Virus record (IMG/VR): IMGVR_UViG_3300026302_000089
Location: 1-32,108 of that record
Reading direction: 5' to 3' (one strand)
Length of the DNA stretch: 32,108 bases
DNA from: a virus
Lineage: Duplodnaviria; Caudoviricetes
Made by a program: the position numbers and the translations under genes. Below, piece by piece: positions 16,823-27,287 of the stretch (the first letter of the stretch is position 1; each line of letters starts with the position of its first letter). The notes under the pieces were generated by a model, which ran no database searches, was not told where the DNA came from, and saw only the letters and a list, made by a program, of their open reading frames with translations.

Positions 16823-17038
16823 ATGACCACGGACACCGAAACCGATCCGCCCACCTCGAAACCCGGCCCGCCGCCAAGGCTGGTCTGGATCGTCACCCGG
16901 ACCGAGGGGCTGCACCAGGTCGCCTCCAGCGCCGTGGACGCCGCCATCTCCAACGACAAGGGCCGCCGCGCGACCGCGCGGGACCTGGCCATCGCCGGCG
17001 TCGACAACGCCGCCTCTTCCCCCCATCAGGAGGATTGA
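16823..17038 (+). CDS. small hypothetical protein
   Basis: GGAG RBS; fills the gap before the tail tube gene. Confidence 0.6.
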   Translation: MTTDTETDPPTSKPGPPPRLVWIVTRTEGLHQVASSAVDAAISNDKGRRATARDLAIAGVDNAASSPHQED

Positions 17039-17041
17039 CCC

Positions 17042-18010
17042 ATGCCCGCTGACATCTGGTACGGCGGCGATTGCGAAGCTCGCATCGGCCGCCGCGCGAA
17101 CTTGGAGACGGCGCCGACTACCTGGCAGAATATCGAGTTCCTGACCGCCACGATCAACCCGGCGCAGGAATGGCGCGAGCGGACGAAGCTGGGCAATCCG
17201 GGCATCCGCAAGAACGTCCTGGACCCGACGCGCCCGCGCAAGGGCTTCTTCCGATTGACCGCTGAGCTGGTGGTCGACGCCGACACGCGTCAGCTGCCGC
17301 TGCTGCTGATCGCCGCCATGGGGCCGCCGGCCGCGCCGGCGCCCAACGACGACCTGTACGATCACCTGTTCGAAAGCGGATCGAAGGCCGAACGGTATTT
17401 CGACCTGGCCATCCGCGTCGGCGCGAACGACGTGCGCGTCTACGAAGGCCTGACGCTGTCGCAACTGTCGACCCAGTTCACCGGCGAGAACACCCAGGAC
17501 TTCAACCTGAACCTCAGCCTGGCGGGGCTGCGCCGCAAGAAGCTGGCGGACTTCCCGGCCGGGACGTTGACGCCCGTGCCGACCGAGGCGCCGATCCTGC
17601 GCGCCCTGTTCGAGGTCGACGACGTCGCCGCCGGCAACATGCTGGGCGGGTCCTTCAGCTTCACCCGCCAGCTGCAGGAAGGCATATTCCTCAGCGCGAC
17701 GCCGACGGTGTCCAGCCTGCGTCCCAACGGCGCGCAGCATGCGGGATCGGCGAATTTCCGCGCGGTCGGCGGCGTGTTCGACCAGATGGAGGAGGAGGAG
17801 GAGACCTTCGCCGCCGCCTTCCGTCTGCTGGGCGTCCGGACCGGCCATGCGATCCTGCTTCGCCATCCGCAGGCCCTGCTGGCGCCCAGTCCGATCCCGA
17901 TCAGCGGCCCGGGCCAGATCGAGCGGTCGATCAGCTGGTCGCCGTATCAGACGGCCGCCGCCGCCGCCGCCCAGATCGTCGTCACGAACGACGTGGCGGC
18001 CTACGCATGA
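17042..18010 (+). CDS. major tail tube protein
   Basis: 322 aa, AGGAGG RBS, YDHLFESG motif and C-terminal VTNDVAAY; upstream of the chaperone and tape measure genes. Confidence 0.75.
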   Translation: MPADIWYGGDCEARIGRRANLETAPTTWQNIEFLTATINPAQEWRERTKLGNPGIRKNVLDPTRPRKGFFRLTAELVVDADTRQLPLLLIAAMGPPAAPAPNDDLYDHLFESGSKAERYFDLAIRVGANDVRVYEGLTLSQLSTQFTGENTQDFNLNLSLAGLRRKKLADFPAGTLTPVPTEAPILRALFEVDDVAAGNMLGGSFSFTRQLQEGIFLSATPTVSSLRPNGAQHAGSANFRAVGGVFDQMEEEEETFAAAFRLLGVRTGHAILLRHPQALLAPSPIPISGPGQIERSISWSPYQTAAAAAAQIVVTNDVAAYA

Positions 18011-18477
18011 CGGTCCGGGTCTCGCTGAAGACGGGTCCGGTGACGAAGGCGTTGCGCGCGCCTTACGCCGCCCTGACGATCACGGCCCGGCGTCTGCGCA
18101 GTCCGGAATGGGACAGCGCCCGCGACGCCGCCCAGGCGATCCTGCGCGACGATGCGGCGCTGCTGAACCTGCTGGTCAAGCACGACCTGTTGCCGCCGGG
18201 CGGCGTGCGCGGGTGGAAGCGGCTGAAGGACGCCGATCCGGCCGGCTACGCGCGATTCCTGACCGGGATCGGCCTGTGGCTGACGGCCGTGGAATGCGCC
18301 CTGGTCGGGCTGTCGGCGTGGTCGGGCGTAGCGGGCGAAGACGGCGCGGACGCCCCGATCACGCGCGAGGTGCTGGAGGTCCTGCTGCTGGACGGGGCGT
18401 TGAGCGACCAGATCATGGCGATCCTGACGGAGGCGGCGCGGCTGTTGGTGGTCGAGGGGGAGCCCTTCGGGGTCTAG
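18007..18477 (+). CDS. tail assembly chaperone (gpG-like)
   Basis: Lies between tail tube and tape measure; AWSGVAGEDGADAPIT motif. Confidence 0.7.
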   Translation: MTVRVSLKTGPVTKALRAPYAALTITARRLRSPEWDSARDAAQAILRDDAALLNLLVKHDLLPPGGVRGWKRLKDADPAGYARFLTGIGLWLTAVECALVGLSAWSGVAGEDGADAPITREVLEVLLLDGALSDQIMAILTEAARLLVVEGEPFGV

Positions 18478-18872
18478 CCGAGTGGCTCTTCGGAGCCCGC
18501 AAGGACGGCGTCGACCCCGACCACTGCCTCAACTGCCGCAAGCTGGACGCCCCCTGCAGCCGGGGTGTGGCGGTGAACGGCCGTCTGTGCCCGCGCGTCG
18601 AGCACGCCTGCGGCACGGACGAAGGCGCGCGGGTGTGGGACGCGGTGCAGAGGGCCGGCGCCTGGTCCGGGGGCGGCATGACGCCGCGCCGGATCGACCG
18701 TCAGGCGGTCCGCGCCCGTCTGGACCCCATGCCGGCCTGGATCATCGAAGCCCTGCTGGACGCCTTCGAGCCGGCGGCGCTGAACGCCGCCGTGGTCGGA
18801 GACAAGCGCCGTCGGGCCAACGACCGCCGTGCGAACGGCGTGCGCGAAGACAAGGACGACAAAGATGACTGA
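18456..18872 (+). CDS. gpT-like Cys-rich extension, probably reached by -1 frameshift from the chaperone gene
   Basis: Open -1 frame (LAEWLFG...HCLNC...C...CP...VWD) with no start/RBS at its 5' end. G GGG GAG at 18456-18462 lies just before the gpG stop. Confidence 0.6.
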   Translation, partial: GGALRGLAEWLFGARKDGVDPDHCLNCRKLDAPCSRGVAVNGRLCPRVEHACGTDEGARVWDAVQRAGAWSGGGMTPRRIDRQAVRARLDPMPAWIIEALLDAFEPAALNAAVVGDKRRRANDRRANGVREDKDDKDD

Positions 18873-21219
18873 CGCAACGGCAGGCCGCCAAGGCGGCGTC
18901 GGCATTCGCCTGTTCATTCAGGGTTCGGAGGTCGTCAAACGCGGCTTCCGCGAGATCGGCGACAGCGGCAAGAAGATGTGGGCCGAGATCGCCCTGGGCG
19001 AACGGTCGGCGAACCCGGCCATTCGGGCGCTGTCGCTGGGCGCCAACGAGGTGAAACAGGGTTTCGAAGGACTGGCGGCGCGGGCCGGCTCTCTCGGCAC
19101 ATCGCTGAGCGCGTTCGGTTTCGCGGGTCTTGCGGCGGCCGCCGCGCTCGGCGCGCTCGCCGTCGCCACTCAAGGCGCGTTCGATGCGATGAAGAGCGCC
19201 GCTGATCTCACCGACGCGGCGGATCGGATCGGGGTCGGCGTCGAAGCCTTGCAGGAATGGCGCTACGTCGCCGACGAAGCGGGGGTGGAGACCGCCACGC
19301 TGGAAGGCGTGATGGAGAAGCTGAACGGAACCCTTGGCAAGTTCAAGATGGGGCTCGGCGACGCCAAGCTGAAGCCGGCGTTCGAGGAACTGGGCATCAC
19401 GAAGGACCAGCTGGCGAACGTCCAGACCGCCGACCAGCTGTTGCTGCTGCTGGCGGACACCTTGGGACAGGTCCAGGACCGCGCCAAACAGGTCGCCCTG
19501 GCGCGGACGCTGGGGGTCGAGGAAGCGCTGCCGGTCATCCGGCTAGGACGCCAGGAGCTGGAGCGCCTGACGGGCGCGGCGCACGACCTCGGCCTGGTTC
19601 TCGACCAGGAAACGGTCAAGAGCCTGGACGAAGCCGACCGCAAGATGGAACTGGCGGGGCAGCAGATCAAAGCCCTGACCACGTCCGCCGTGGAACCTCT
19701 GGCCACGGCCCTGGCGAACGCGGGCGCCTGGGTGGCGAACTGGTCGAACGAGATGGATCGGGTCAGGGACAAGGGCCCGGGCTGGGTCGAAATGCTGAGG
19801 CGAATAGCCTCGGCCCTGCCTGGCGGCGTGGGTTTTCAGTCCGCCTGGGACGCTGGGGTGGCGCGCGCTCGCCGCGACCAGTCGGGAATCGACCCGGGGC
19901 GAGCGGGTGTTGACGTCGATGATCCAGCCCTTCGGTGGCAGCAGGCCGCGGTCGCAGGGTCGCAGGCGAACGCCTTCGACCTGAAGGGTCACACCGCCAA
20001 GGGCGGCGGCTCGTCCTCGGCCGCCGCCAGGGCGCAACAGGCCGAACGCGAGGCCGAGCAGCGCCGCCAGCGCGAGGAACGCGCGACGCAGCAGATCGAA
20101 CGCGCCGCCGACGATCTGGCTCGGACCTACGGTCGGGGCAATCTGTCGATCGACGACAAAGCCGCTTACGAGGTGGTGGAACTAGAGGTCGAGCGCGCCG
20201 CTCGCCTGCGCGAGATCGCCCGAGCCGAAGAGGAATACATACGGTCGAAGGGCCTGCGCGGCCTGACCGAGGCCGAGGCGGAACAACTTCGCGCCAGCCA
20301 GGACGAACTGACCGAAAAGAAGAAGGCCATCGTCGAGTGGGCGCGCCGCCGAGACCTGGCAGCCCGCCGATTGAAGGACGAGGAGGACGCAGCCCAGGCA
20401 GCGGTCGAGTTGCTCGACATCGACGCCCAGATGGCGCGGACCCATTCCGAACGCTTCCGGATCGAACGCGAAATCCTGTTGGCCACGATCGAGATCGCCC
20501 GGAAACGGAAGAAGGCGGCGCTGGAGAACGATCCGGAGCTGAGCGACGATCAGCGCGCCGACCTCCTGGCGTCGTTCAACCGCAACGCCAACGCCCAGGT
20601 CGAATTGTTCGACCATCAGGAGACGGAGCGCCTGCGGGCGCAGTTCAAATCCTATGGCCGCGAGGTCGCCGACGCGATCCGCGAAGGCCGGATCGGCGAA
20701 TACATCGCCAACGAACTGAAGGACCGCCTGCTGGACGGCGCCCTGGACCAGCTGTTCAACCTGTTCAGCATGAACCGAGGCGACGGCGCCGGCGGGGCGA
20801 GCGGCGCAGGCAGTTGGCTGTCGTCCGCCTTCAGTGTCGTCCAGAGCGCCTTCCAGCGCGGCCCGGGCCGGGCCGGCGGCGGCGATGTTCGCAGCGGCTT
20901 CCGCTATCCGATCGTCGAGCATGGCAAGCCCGAGCTGTTCATGATCGGGGGGGCGGGGCACGTCACCAGCGCGGTCGAGACGGCCCGCATGCTGCGCGAA
21001 AGCCTGGCGGAGGTCGGCCCCGGGTTCGCCGGCGGCGCGCCGATCCTTCAGCAGACGCTGAAGTTCGACAATCGCGGGGCGGTGATGACCGCCGACCTGC
21101 TGCGGAACATGGAGGAGATGGCCGCCTCTACTGGCGCGGCGAGCGTGGCGGCGTCGCGGGAGACGGTGCCGACCGATATGGCGCGGACGCAACGCTACAC
21201 CCTGAGCCGGCGCCGCTGA
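18865..21219 (+). CDS. tail tape measure protein
   Basis: Ala-rich helical protein with ADRIGVGVEALQEWRYVA and C-terminal RAGGG...VEHGKPELF motifs. Confidence 0.9.
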   Translation: MTDATAGRQGGVGIRLFIQGSEVVKRGFREIGDSGKKMWAEIALGERSANPAIRALSLGANEVKQGFEGLAARAGSLGTSLSAFGFAGLAAAAALGALAVATQGAFDAMKSAADLTDAADRIGVGVEALQEWRYVADEAGVETATLEGVMEKLNGTLGKFKMGLGDAKLKPAFEELGITKDQLANVQTADQLLLLLADTLGQVQDRAKQVALARTLGVEEALPVIRLGRQELERLTGAAHDLGLVLDQETVKSLDEADRKMELAGQQIKALTTSAVEPLATALANAGAWVANWSNEMDRVRDKGPGWVEMLRRIASALPGGVGFQSAWDAGVARARRDQSGIDPGRAGVDVDDPALRWQQAAVAGSQANAFDLKGHTAKGGGSSSAAARAQQAEREAEQRRQREERATQQIERAADDLARTYGRGNLSIDDKAAYEVVELEVERAARLREIARAEEEYIRSKGLRGLTEAEAEQLRASQDELTEKKKAIVEWARRRDLAARRLKDEEDAAQAAVELLDIDAQMARTHSERFRIEREILLATIEIARKRKKAALENDPELSDDQRADLLASFNRNANAQVELFDHQETERLRAQFKSYGREVADAIREGRIGEYIANELKDRLLDGALDQLFNLFSMNRGDGAGGASGAGSWLSSAFSVVQSAFQRGPGRAGGGDVRSGFRYPIVEHGKPELFMIGGAGHVTSAVETARMLRESLAEVGPGFAGGAPILQQTLKFDNRGAVMTADLLRNMEEMAASTGAASVAASRETVPTDMARTQRYTLSRRR

Positions 21220-21794
21220 TGCCGCTGCTTCTCCCGGTCGCGGCGCCCGCCGAACAGGAGATCAATCTGATCTCCGCCGATAACACCCTGGTCCCTGCTT
21301 TTGGCGACGGCGAGCAGGAGTTGCTCCGAAAGGGCACGCGCTACGAGATCCAGTTCGACATGGGCGAGATGGACTATGTCGAAGCCCTGGACTGGACCGA
21401 CCTGACGACGAAAGGGGACACGGTGGTCATGGCGGTCTATCAGCCCGGCCTGGTCGTCGGCGCGCCGGGGGCGCCGCGCGTGAACGGCCCGGGGCAGTCT
21501 GGTCGGGGATTGACGATCGACGGCCTGAGCGACGGTTACGTCGTTCGCAAGGGGCAGTTTCTGTCCGTCGTCACCCAGGGCCGCCGCTTCCTCTATCGAG
21601 CGCGCGCCACGGTCACGGCGGCCGGCGGGACGGCCGTTGTCCCGCTGCAGACCCTGTTGCGGTTCCCGCCCGGCGACAACGATGTCGTCGAGCTGGAGCA
21701 GCCGATGATCGAGGGCTGGGCGCGCGACGTTTCGGGGCTTCGGATCATCGCCAACCACAATGTCCAGGTTTCCTTCACGGTCAGGGAGCGGTGA
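21219..21794 (+). CDS. minor tail protein (distal tail-like)
   Basis: TGATG coupling after the tape measure gene; 191 aa. Confidence 0.65.
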   Translation: MPLLLPVAAPAEQEINLISADNTLVPAFGDGEQELLRKGTRYEIQFDMGEMDYVEALDWTDLTTKGDTVVMAVYQPGLVVGAPGAPRVNGPGQSGRGLTIDGLSDGYVVRKGQFLSVVTQGRRFLYRARATVTAAGGTAVVPLQTLLRFPPGDNDVVELEQPMIEGWARDVSGLRIIANHNVQVSFTVRER

Positions 21795-22429
21795 TGGATT
21801 CGAACCTGATCGCCGCTCTTCAGCAGCCCGCCTTCATCAAGGCGACGCTGGTTCGGCTCGATATGGCGGGCGGGGCCGTCTGCCTGACGGATGGCGGTTT
21901 CGTGGTGTTCGACGCCGGCGAGGGCGACGGACCTGAGGCCTATGTCGGCCATCATCCCGTCTATGGCTCGCTGGACACCGTCGGCGGCGTCAAAGACGGC
22001 GCCGAGGCCCAGACCCCGCGCATCGACATCGCTCTTCTGCCCGCCTCGGACACTGCCGCCGCAGCGCTGGCTTCGCCAACGACCCAAGGCACGCGTATCC
22101 AGTGGTGGGAGGGCGCCGTCGATCCTGACAGCGGTCTCCTGATCGGCGCCCCGGAACTGAAGTTCGACGGGGAGATCGACAAGGCGCGGTTCCAGGTCAG
22201 CGACAGCTGGAGCCTGACGCTGGAATGCGGAACCCAGGCCGAGCGCCAGCTGGAGGCGAACGCCGACTGGCGGTTGAACAACGCCTTTCATCAGCTGATC
22301 TGGCCCGGCGAACTGGGCCTGTCCTACGTCGACGGCGTCACCCGCAAAAAAGAATGGCGCAGCCGCCCCGAAAACCCGGGCGTGTTCAAACGTCTGTTGA
22401 AGTCGCTGGTCCCGCTGCTGCCCGACTGA
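21794..22429 (+). CDS. minor tail/hub protein
   Basis: Coupled start; FDGEID and HQLIWPGELGL motifs; synteny. Confidence 0.65.
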   Translation: MDSNLIAALQQPAFIKATLVRLDMAGGAVCLTDGGFVVFDAGEGDGPEAYVGHHPVYGSLDTVGGVKDGAEAQTPRIDIALLPASDTAAAALASPTTQGTRIQWWEGAVDPDSGLLIGAPELKFDGEIDKARFQVSDSWSLTLECGTQAERQLEANADWRLNNAFHQLIWPGELGLSYVDGVTRKKEWRSRPENPGVFKRLLKSLVPLLPD

Positions 22430-22440
22430 GGGAAACCATC

Positions 22441-22866
22441 ATGAACACGATGCTCAAACGGGCTGCGGCGACGCAGGCCTGCATGGACCGTTTCGCCTAC
22501 AAGCCGGTCGAGCCCGGCGTGCGCGACTGCGGCAAGCTGACTGCGCATGCCCTGCACAAACAGGGCCGGTCGGCGAAGCTGTTGAACGCCTCTCGCCACC
22601 GGACCTGGCGCGGGGCGCTGGCCTATCTGAAACGAACCGGGTTCGCGTCTCTCGTCGATCTGATCGACGCCATGGGTCTGGAGCGCATTCCGCCGGCGGC
22701 GGCCCTGCCTGGCGACATCATCGCCATGCCGACCGACGACGCCAACGGCTTCGGCTGCTCGCTGACCGTCGCCCTGGATAACGGTCGGGTGCTGGGTCTG
22801 AACCCTGCCACGAACCAGATCGAACCGATGATCCCACATTTGTTCGTCTGCGCCTGGAGGGTCTGA
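22441..22866 (+). CDS. NlpC/P60-like tail assembly protein
   Basis: GVRDCG and ALPGDII motifs; GAGGG RBS; precedes the tail tip gene. Confidence 0.7.
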   Translation: MNTMLKRAAATQACMDRFAYKPVEPGVRDCGKLTAHALHKQGRSAKLLNASRHRTWRGALAYLKRTGFASLVDLIDAMGLERIPPAAALPGDIIAMPTDDANGFGCSLTVALDNGRVLGLNPATNQIEPMIPHLFVCAWRV

Positions 22867-25800
22867 ATGCCGCACCTCCTGCCGGCCGCAGCAAGCGCCA
22901 TCGCCCAGGCCGCTCCGGCTGCCGCCGCCACAGCCGCCAAGGCGACCGTGATGGGGACGTTGAAGTCGGTGGCTTTCAACGCCCTGACCAGCCTGGCGAT
23001 CAGTTCGGCGCTGTCGGTCTTCTCCCCGTCGGTGGGCGCGTCAGCGCGTCAGGTCGAATTCGTGATCGATCCCGATGGGCCGATTCCGTTCGCGGCCGGC
23101 CGGGTCGGCGTTTCCGGATCGGTCGTCCACCGCGACACCTTCGGCCCGGACCTGATGTATTACGGCATCCCGTTCGTCCTCTCGGGCGCGGGACCGATCA
23201 CCGCCATCGAATCGTTCATGGCGGACGACTATCCGATGGCGTTCGACGCCAACGGCGGCGCCACGACGGAGCCCTATCGGCAGGAATTGTTTTTCCGCTC
23301 GGTCCTGGGCTTTCAGCCCGCCCCTGCAGCCCTGACGACGCCTGGCGGTCTGAAAAAGGGCGCGACCCTGCCCGGCTGGACGTCGGCGCACAAGCTGTCG
23401 GGCAAGGCCGCCGGCCTGATCGTCATGGCCGAGAACTCCAAGGGCTCGGCCTTCCCGACCGGCGAAATCAAGCCGCTGGTCCAACTGCTGGGGTTGAAGG
23501 GCTGGGACCCGACGCAGGACAGCACCTATCCGGGCGGAAGCGGGCCGTGCCGCCTGCACGACGCCTCGACCTGGGTCACGCTGACCTGCCCGATCCTGTG
23601 GGCGTTGAAATGGGCGCTGGGCCTGTGGGAAGGCCCGACGCTGAAGGGCGCGCCCGCCCATGACAGCCTCACCGATCACCAGGTCGGCGGGATCGGCGCG
23701 CGGCTGTCGGGCATCGATGTTCCGGCCTTCGTCGCCGCTTCCAACGTCGCCAAGGCGAACGGGTGGACCGTCTCGGCCTATCCGAACACGGACGACGACA
23801 AGCACCAGGTGCTTGAGACGTTCCTGCAGTCCGGCGGCGCCACCTACGCGCAGCGGGCGGGCAAGATCAGTTGCATCAGCCGCGCCGCGCCGCGCGCCAG
23901 CCTCGTCACGATCTCGGCGCGGGACACCGCTGGTCCTCTGGAGATCGATACGGCCGCCAGCCGCATCGACCGGATCAACACCCTTCGCCCTCGCTTCTGG
24001 AGCCCAGCGCACCGCTGGCAGATGACGGCGATGGACGGGGAGATCACCGCCCAGGCCTATCGCGACGAAGACGGCGGGCGCACGCGGTCGCGGGGCGTGG
24101 ATTTCCCGTTCGTGTCCGACGCCAAGCAGACGGGCCAGCTGGCGGCGCTGCAGATCGCGAACACCCGGGAGGGCATCGCGGGCGTGATCCCGCTGAAGCC
24201 GCACCTGCAACGCATCCGGCCGGGCGACGCCTTCACGATCACCGAGGCCGGGTTCGTGCTGAACGGGCTGAAATGCCTGTGCCTGAACACCGACTATGAT
24301 CCGGCGACGGGCGTCGTGCGCGTGTCTTTCGTCAGCGAGACCGACGCCAAATATCCGTTCGCCCTGGGCCAGAACCCGACGCCGCCGGTTCCGCAGGTCC
24401 TGACGCCGGTCGATCCGCGGTTCGTCAACCCGCCCGACAATGGCGACTGGACGATCAGCCCGCGTCCGCCCGCGAGCGGCGGCGGTCAGTTGCCGGGCTT
24501 CGACCTGACCGGGATCGTCTCCAACGAGACGGCGACGGCGATCATCGTCGAGACCGGGCCGACCGCCGATGGTCCGTGGACTCAGGCGTATCAGGGACCG
24601 CCGACGGTCACGAACATTCCGGTGGACGGGCTTCAGCCTGGCGCGACCTACTATGTCGCGATCCAGTATCAGCGGAACCAGAACTATTCGGAACGCCAAG
24701 TCTATGGGCCGTTCACGGCTCCGGCGCTGGTGGCGGAGGACTTGTCTCCAAATAGTCCGGTCGTCCAGCAGATCGGGGACATTCTCACCGATGTCGAGGG
24801 ACTGATCGAGACCTACGGATCGACCGAGGCGGCGGCGGTCAGCGCTGCGGCGGCCGACACCGCGCGGGCGCTGGCGCAGGCGGCCGAGGCGGGCGCTCTT
24901 CAGGAGCGACAACAGGCCCATGCCGAGGCCGTGGCGGCGCAGGCCGCGCGGGAGGGCAGCGAGAGCGCGGCGGCGTCCTCGGTCTCGTCCGCCCAGACCG
25001 CAAGCGCCGAAGCGGACGAGGCCGGTCAGAAGGCAGCGGCCGCAGAGGTCGCCCGCGCCGCAGCCGCCACCCAGCGCGCCCTTGCTGAAGCCGCCCGCAA
25101 CACCGCCGTCGGCGCGGCGGACACCGCGACGGGGGCCAGTGCATCAGCAGGGGCGTCCGCCACCCTGGCGGCCCGGCTGGGCTTCGGTCAGGCGATGAAC
25201 CCGAACCCGGTCTTCTCGCAGACCTGGGCGACCGGCCAGATCCCGCCGGGCTGGACCGATTGGAGCAGCCTCTCGGGAACCGACAACAAGCGGGTCGGGG
25301 TCGAGAGCGATAACGGGGTCTTCATGACCGTCCCCGGTTCAGGGACGGCCGAGTCTGCGAACCGGGGGCTCTATCAGCCCTCGGGGGTCGGATCGCTTGG
25401 CACGGTGCAGGCCGGTGGCTGGTACGTCCAAGAGCTGACCGTCCGCCTCGAAAGCGGAACGCTGAACGGCGCCGGAATGCACCTTCAGCATTACGACGGC
25501 GCCGGGAATATCGTCGGCTCGACGAACATCAACTGCGCCTCTGACCAGACCGTGACGGGCGGGGCGCCCGGCGCCGGTGTCGTCGGTCAGGTCTATCGGT
25601 ACGCGGTCCTGATCCAGGCGACGGCGGGGACGAAGATATTCGTTCCCTACGCGATGGCTTTCTGGAACGGCTATTACGGCGCTGCGCCGGTGGCGAAGTC
25701 CGTGACCTTCACCAAGTGCTTGGTCCGCCCTGCGACGGCTGGCGAGATCGAGACCGGCGTCGCGCGCAACGGTTTCGGCACGATCCACGCGCGGATGACG

Positions 25801-27201
25801 AACGAGGAGACGGTTCGGGCCTCCGAGACGGCTTCGCTGTCCGTTCGCCAAGGCGTTCTGGAGGCCAAGGCCACGACCTTGCCGAACCTGCTGCGGAACT
25901 CCGATGGATCGCAGGGGATGCGCTATTGGACGTCGGGCGGTGCGGGCGCTCTTTGGACGACTTTCTATGATGCCGCGTTCGGCTCAATCTTCGGCGCGCT
26001 CGGCGGCAACAACGGCGACACCTTCTACCTGATCTCGGACTTGGTCAGGGTCTATGGAAACTCGACCTACACCCTCTCCTGGAATGGCGACGGCGGCGCA
26101 GCGCCGGGAGACGTCGGCATCTACTGCGCGCAGTATGACGTGAACGGCGCCTATATCCCCGAGGGCGACAGTCTCGGTCTCGCGAGCTTCCAAGGCGTCA
26201 ACTGGACGACGCGCAAGTCCACGACGTTCACGACGCGCGCCGACTGCGTCTATCTGAAGGTCGTGGTCGTCAAGCCTGGCTACGCGAACGGCAACCCGTT
26301 GAACGCTTTCGTCAGCCGGATCATGCTGAACGCTGGCGCGACGGTCGCCGGCTGGACCGACGCGGCGACAGCCCGCGACCTCGCTGCGCGCACGGTCAGC
26401 AACGAGGGCGCCTTGGCCACGGTTCAGGGCCGCCAGACGGCGTGGGCGCAAAAGCGCGTCATCGCCGGCAGCGCCGAAGCCTTCGCCGAAATGATGGCGC
26501 TGGACGACAACGGCAACGTCACCTCAGACATCAACTTCGGCGCCAAGGCCCTGGGCTTCTGGAATTCCTTGAGCGGCCTGTTCGTGAAGGCGATGGAGAT
26601 TGTTGGCGGCAGTGTGTTCATCACTGGCAAGCTTTTCATGGGCTTGGCGAAACAAATCACCTTGGACCCGACCATTCCGGCGCTGATCTTCACCCCCCAT
26701 TCCGGGGCATCGAAGATGATCTACGGCGCAGGTTTCGGATCGTCATCCGATTGCCTGATGTGGCTCGGCCCCAAAGATACCGACATCAGCGACATCACGC
26801 GCATCAACGGCGGGTGGGCTTTTGGGACGGACGGCAAGGCCTATTTCGGAAACGCCGAGTTGTCGACTGGTGGCGGGTTCAGGGCCTCGTCCAATGTATT
26901 GTCGGTTAGCGGAGACAGGGTTGGAGCGGGATCGGTCACAACCGATGCCGTCACAATCTCTGCGACGGGCGGCGGCGCTCCAATAACCTACGCATGGACC
27001 CAGGTGAGCGGTGATTTCGGCGCTTGGACTATTCTCTCGCCAAGTTCGGCCTCAACGCAGTTCCGCACCGTGGTCTCGACGCCCGGCACCGGCAGGCTGG
27101 CGTCGTTCGCCTGTCGTGTCACAGACGCCTCCGGCCGCGTGGATACCGTCATCGTCCCCGCAGCCGTCATTGCCGAAGTCGATGGCGGCGGCGGCGCCTG
27201 A
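22867..27201 (+). CDS. tail tip / host-specificity protein (gpJ-like) with FN3-like domain, Ala-rich stalk, two carbohydrate-binding-like modules and a C-terminal Ig-like domain
   Basis: 1444 aa. DGLQPGATYYVAI (FN3-like), Ala/Ser-rich region about 24820-25175, NPNPVF and NLLRNSDG module starts, ITYAWTQVSG...CRVTDASG (PKD/Ig-like). Confidence 0.85.
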   Translation: MPHLLPAAASAIAQAAPAAAATAAKATVMGTLKSVAFNALTSLAISSALSVFSPSVGASARQVEFVIDPDGPIPFAAGRVGVSGSVVHRDTFGPDLMYYGIPFVLSGAGPITAIESFMADDYPMAFDANGGATTEPYRQELFFRSVLGFQPAPAALTTPGGLKKGATLPGWTSAHKLSGKAAGLIVMAENSKGSAFPTGEIKPLVQLLGLKGWDPTQDSTYPGGSGPCRLHDASTWVTLTCPILWALKWALGLWEGPTLKGAPAHDSLTDHQVGGIGARLSGIDVPAFVAASNVAKANGWTVSAYPNTDDDKHQVLETFLQSGGATYAQRAGKISCISRAAPRASLVTISARDTAGPLEIDTAASRIDRINTLRPRFWSPAHRWQMTAMDGEITAQAYRDEDGGRTRSRGVDFPFVSDAKQTGQLAALQIANTREGIAGVIPLKPHLQRIRPGDAFTITEAGFVLNGLKCLCLNTDYDPATGVVRVSFVSETDAKYPFALGQNPTPPVPQVLTPVDPRFVNPPDNGDWTISPRPPASGGGQLPGFDLTGIVSNETATAIIVETGPTADGPWTQAYQGPPTVTNIPVDGLQPGATYYVAIQYQRNQNYSERQVYGPFTAPALVAEDLSPNSPVVQQIGDILTDVEGLIETYGSTEAAAVSAAAADTARALAQAAEAGALQERQQAHAEAVAAQAAREGSESAAASSVSSAQTASAEADEAGQKAAAAEVARAAAATQRALAEAARNTAVGAADTATGASASAGASATLAARLGFGQAMNPNPVFSQTWATGQIPPGWTDWSSLSGTDNKRVGVESDNGVFMTVPGSGTAESANRGLYQPSGVGSLGTVQAGGWYVQELTVRLESGTLNGAGMHLQHYDGAGNIVGSTNINCASDQTVTGGAPGAGVVGQVYRYAVLIQATAGTKIFVPYAMAFWNGYYGAAPVAKSVTFTKCLVRPATAGEIETGVARNGFGTIHARMTNEETVRASETASLSVRQGVLEAKATTLPNLLRNSDGSQGMRYWTSGGAGALWTTFYDAAFGSIFGALGGNNGDTFYLISDLVRVYGNSTYTLSWNGDGGAAPGDVGIYCAQYDVNGAYIPEGDSLGLASFQGVNWTTRKSTTFTTRADCVYLKVVVVKPGYANGNPLNAFVSRIMLNAGATVAGWTDAATARDLAARTVSNEGALATVQGRQTAWAQKRVIAGSAEAFAEMMALDDNGNVTSDINFGAKALGFWNSLSGLFVKAMEIVGGSVFITGKLFMGLAKQITLDPTIPALIFTPHSGASKMIYGAGFGSSSDCLMWLGPKDTDISDITRINGGWAFGTDGKAYFGNAELSTGGGFRASSNVLSVSGDRVGAGSVTTDAVTISATGGGAPITYAWTQVSGDFGAWTILSPSSASTQFRTVVSTPGTGRLASFACRVTDASGRVDTVIVPAAVIAEVDGGGGA

Positions 27202-27287
27202 GGCGGAAGGGCGTCGTTCTTCCGCTGACATCAACAACACCCCCGAAAACCTCGCGCGTCTCGACGCCGATAGTGAAGGAGACGACC

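Noticed and set aside
3002..24921. Long antisense and alternate-frame ORFs (e.g. 3002..4906, 6757..8706, 9476..11749, 23041..24921 on the minus strand)
   Set aside because: They are shadow ORFs expected from high-GC codon bias opposite well-supported phage genes, and they carry no recognisable motifs.
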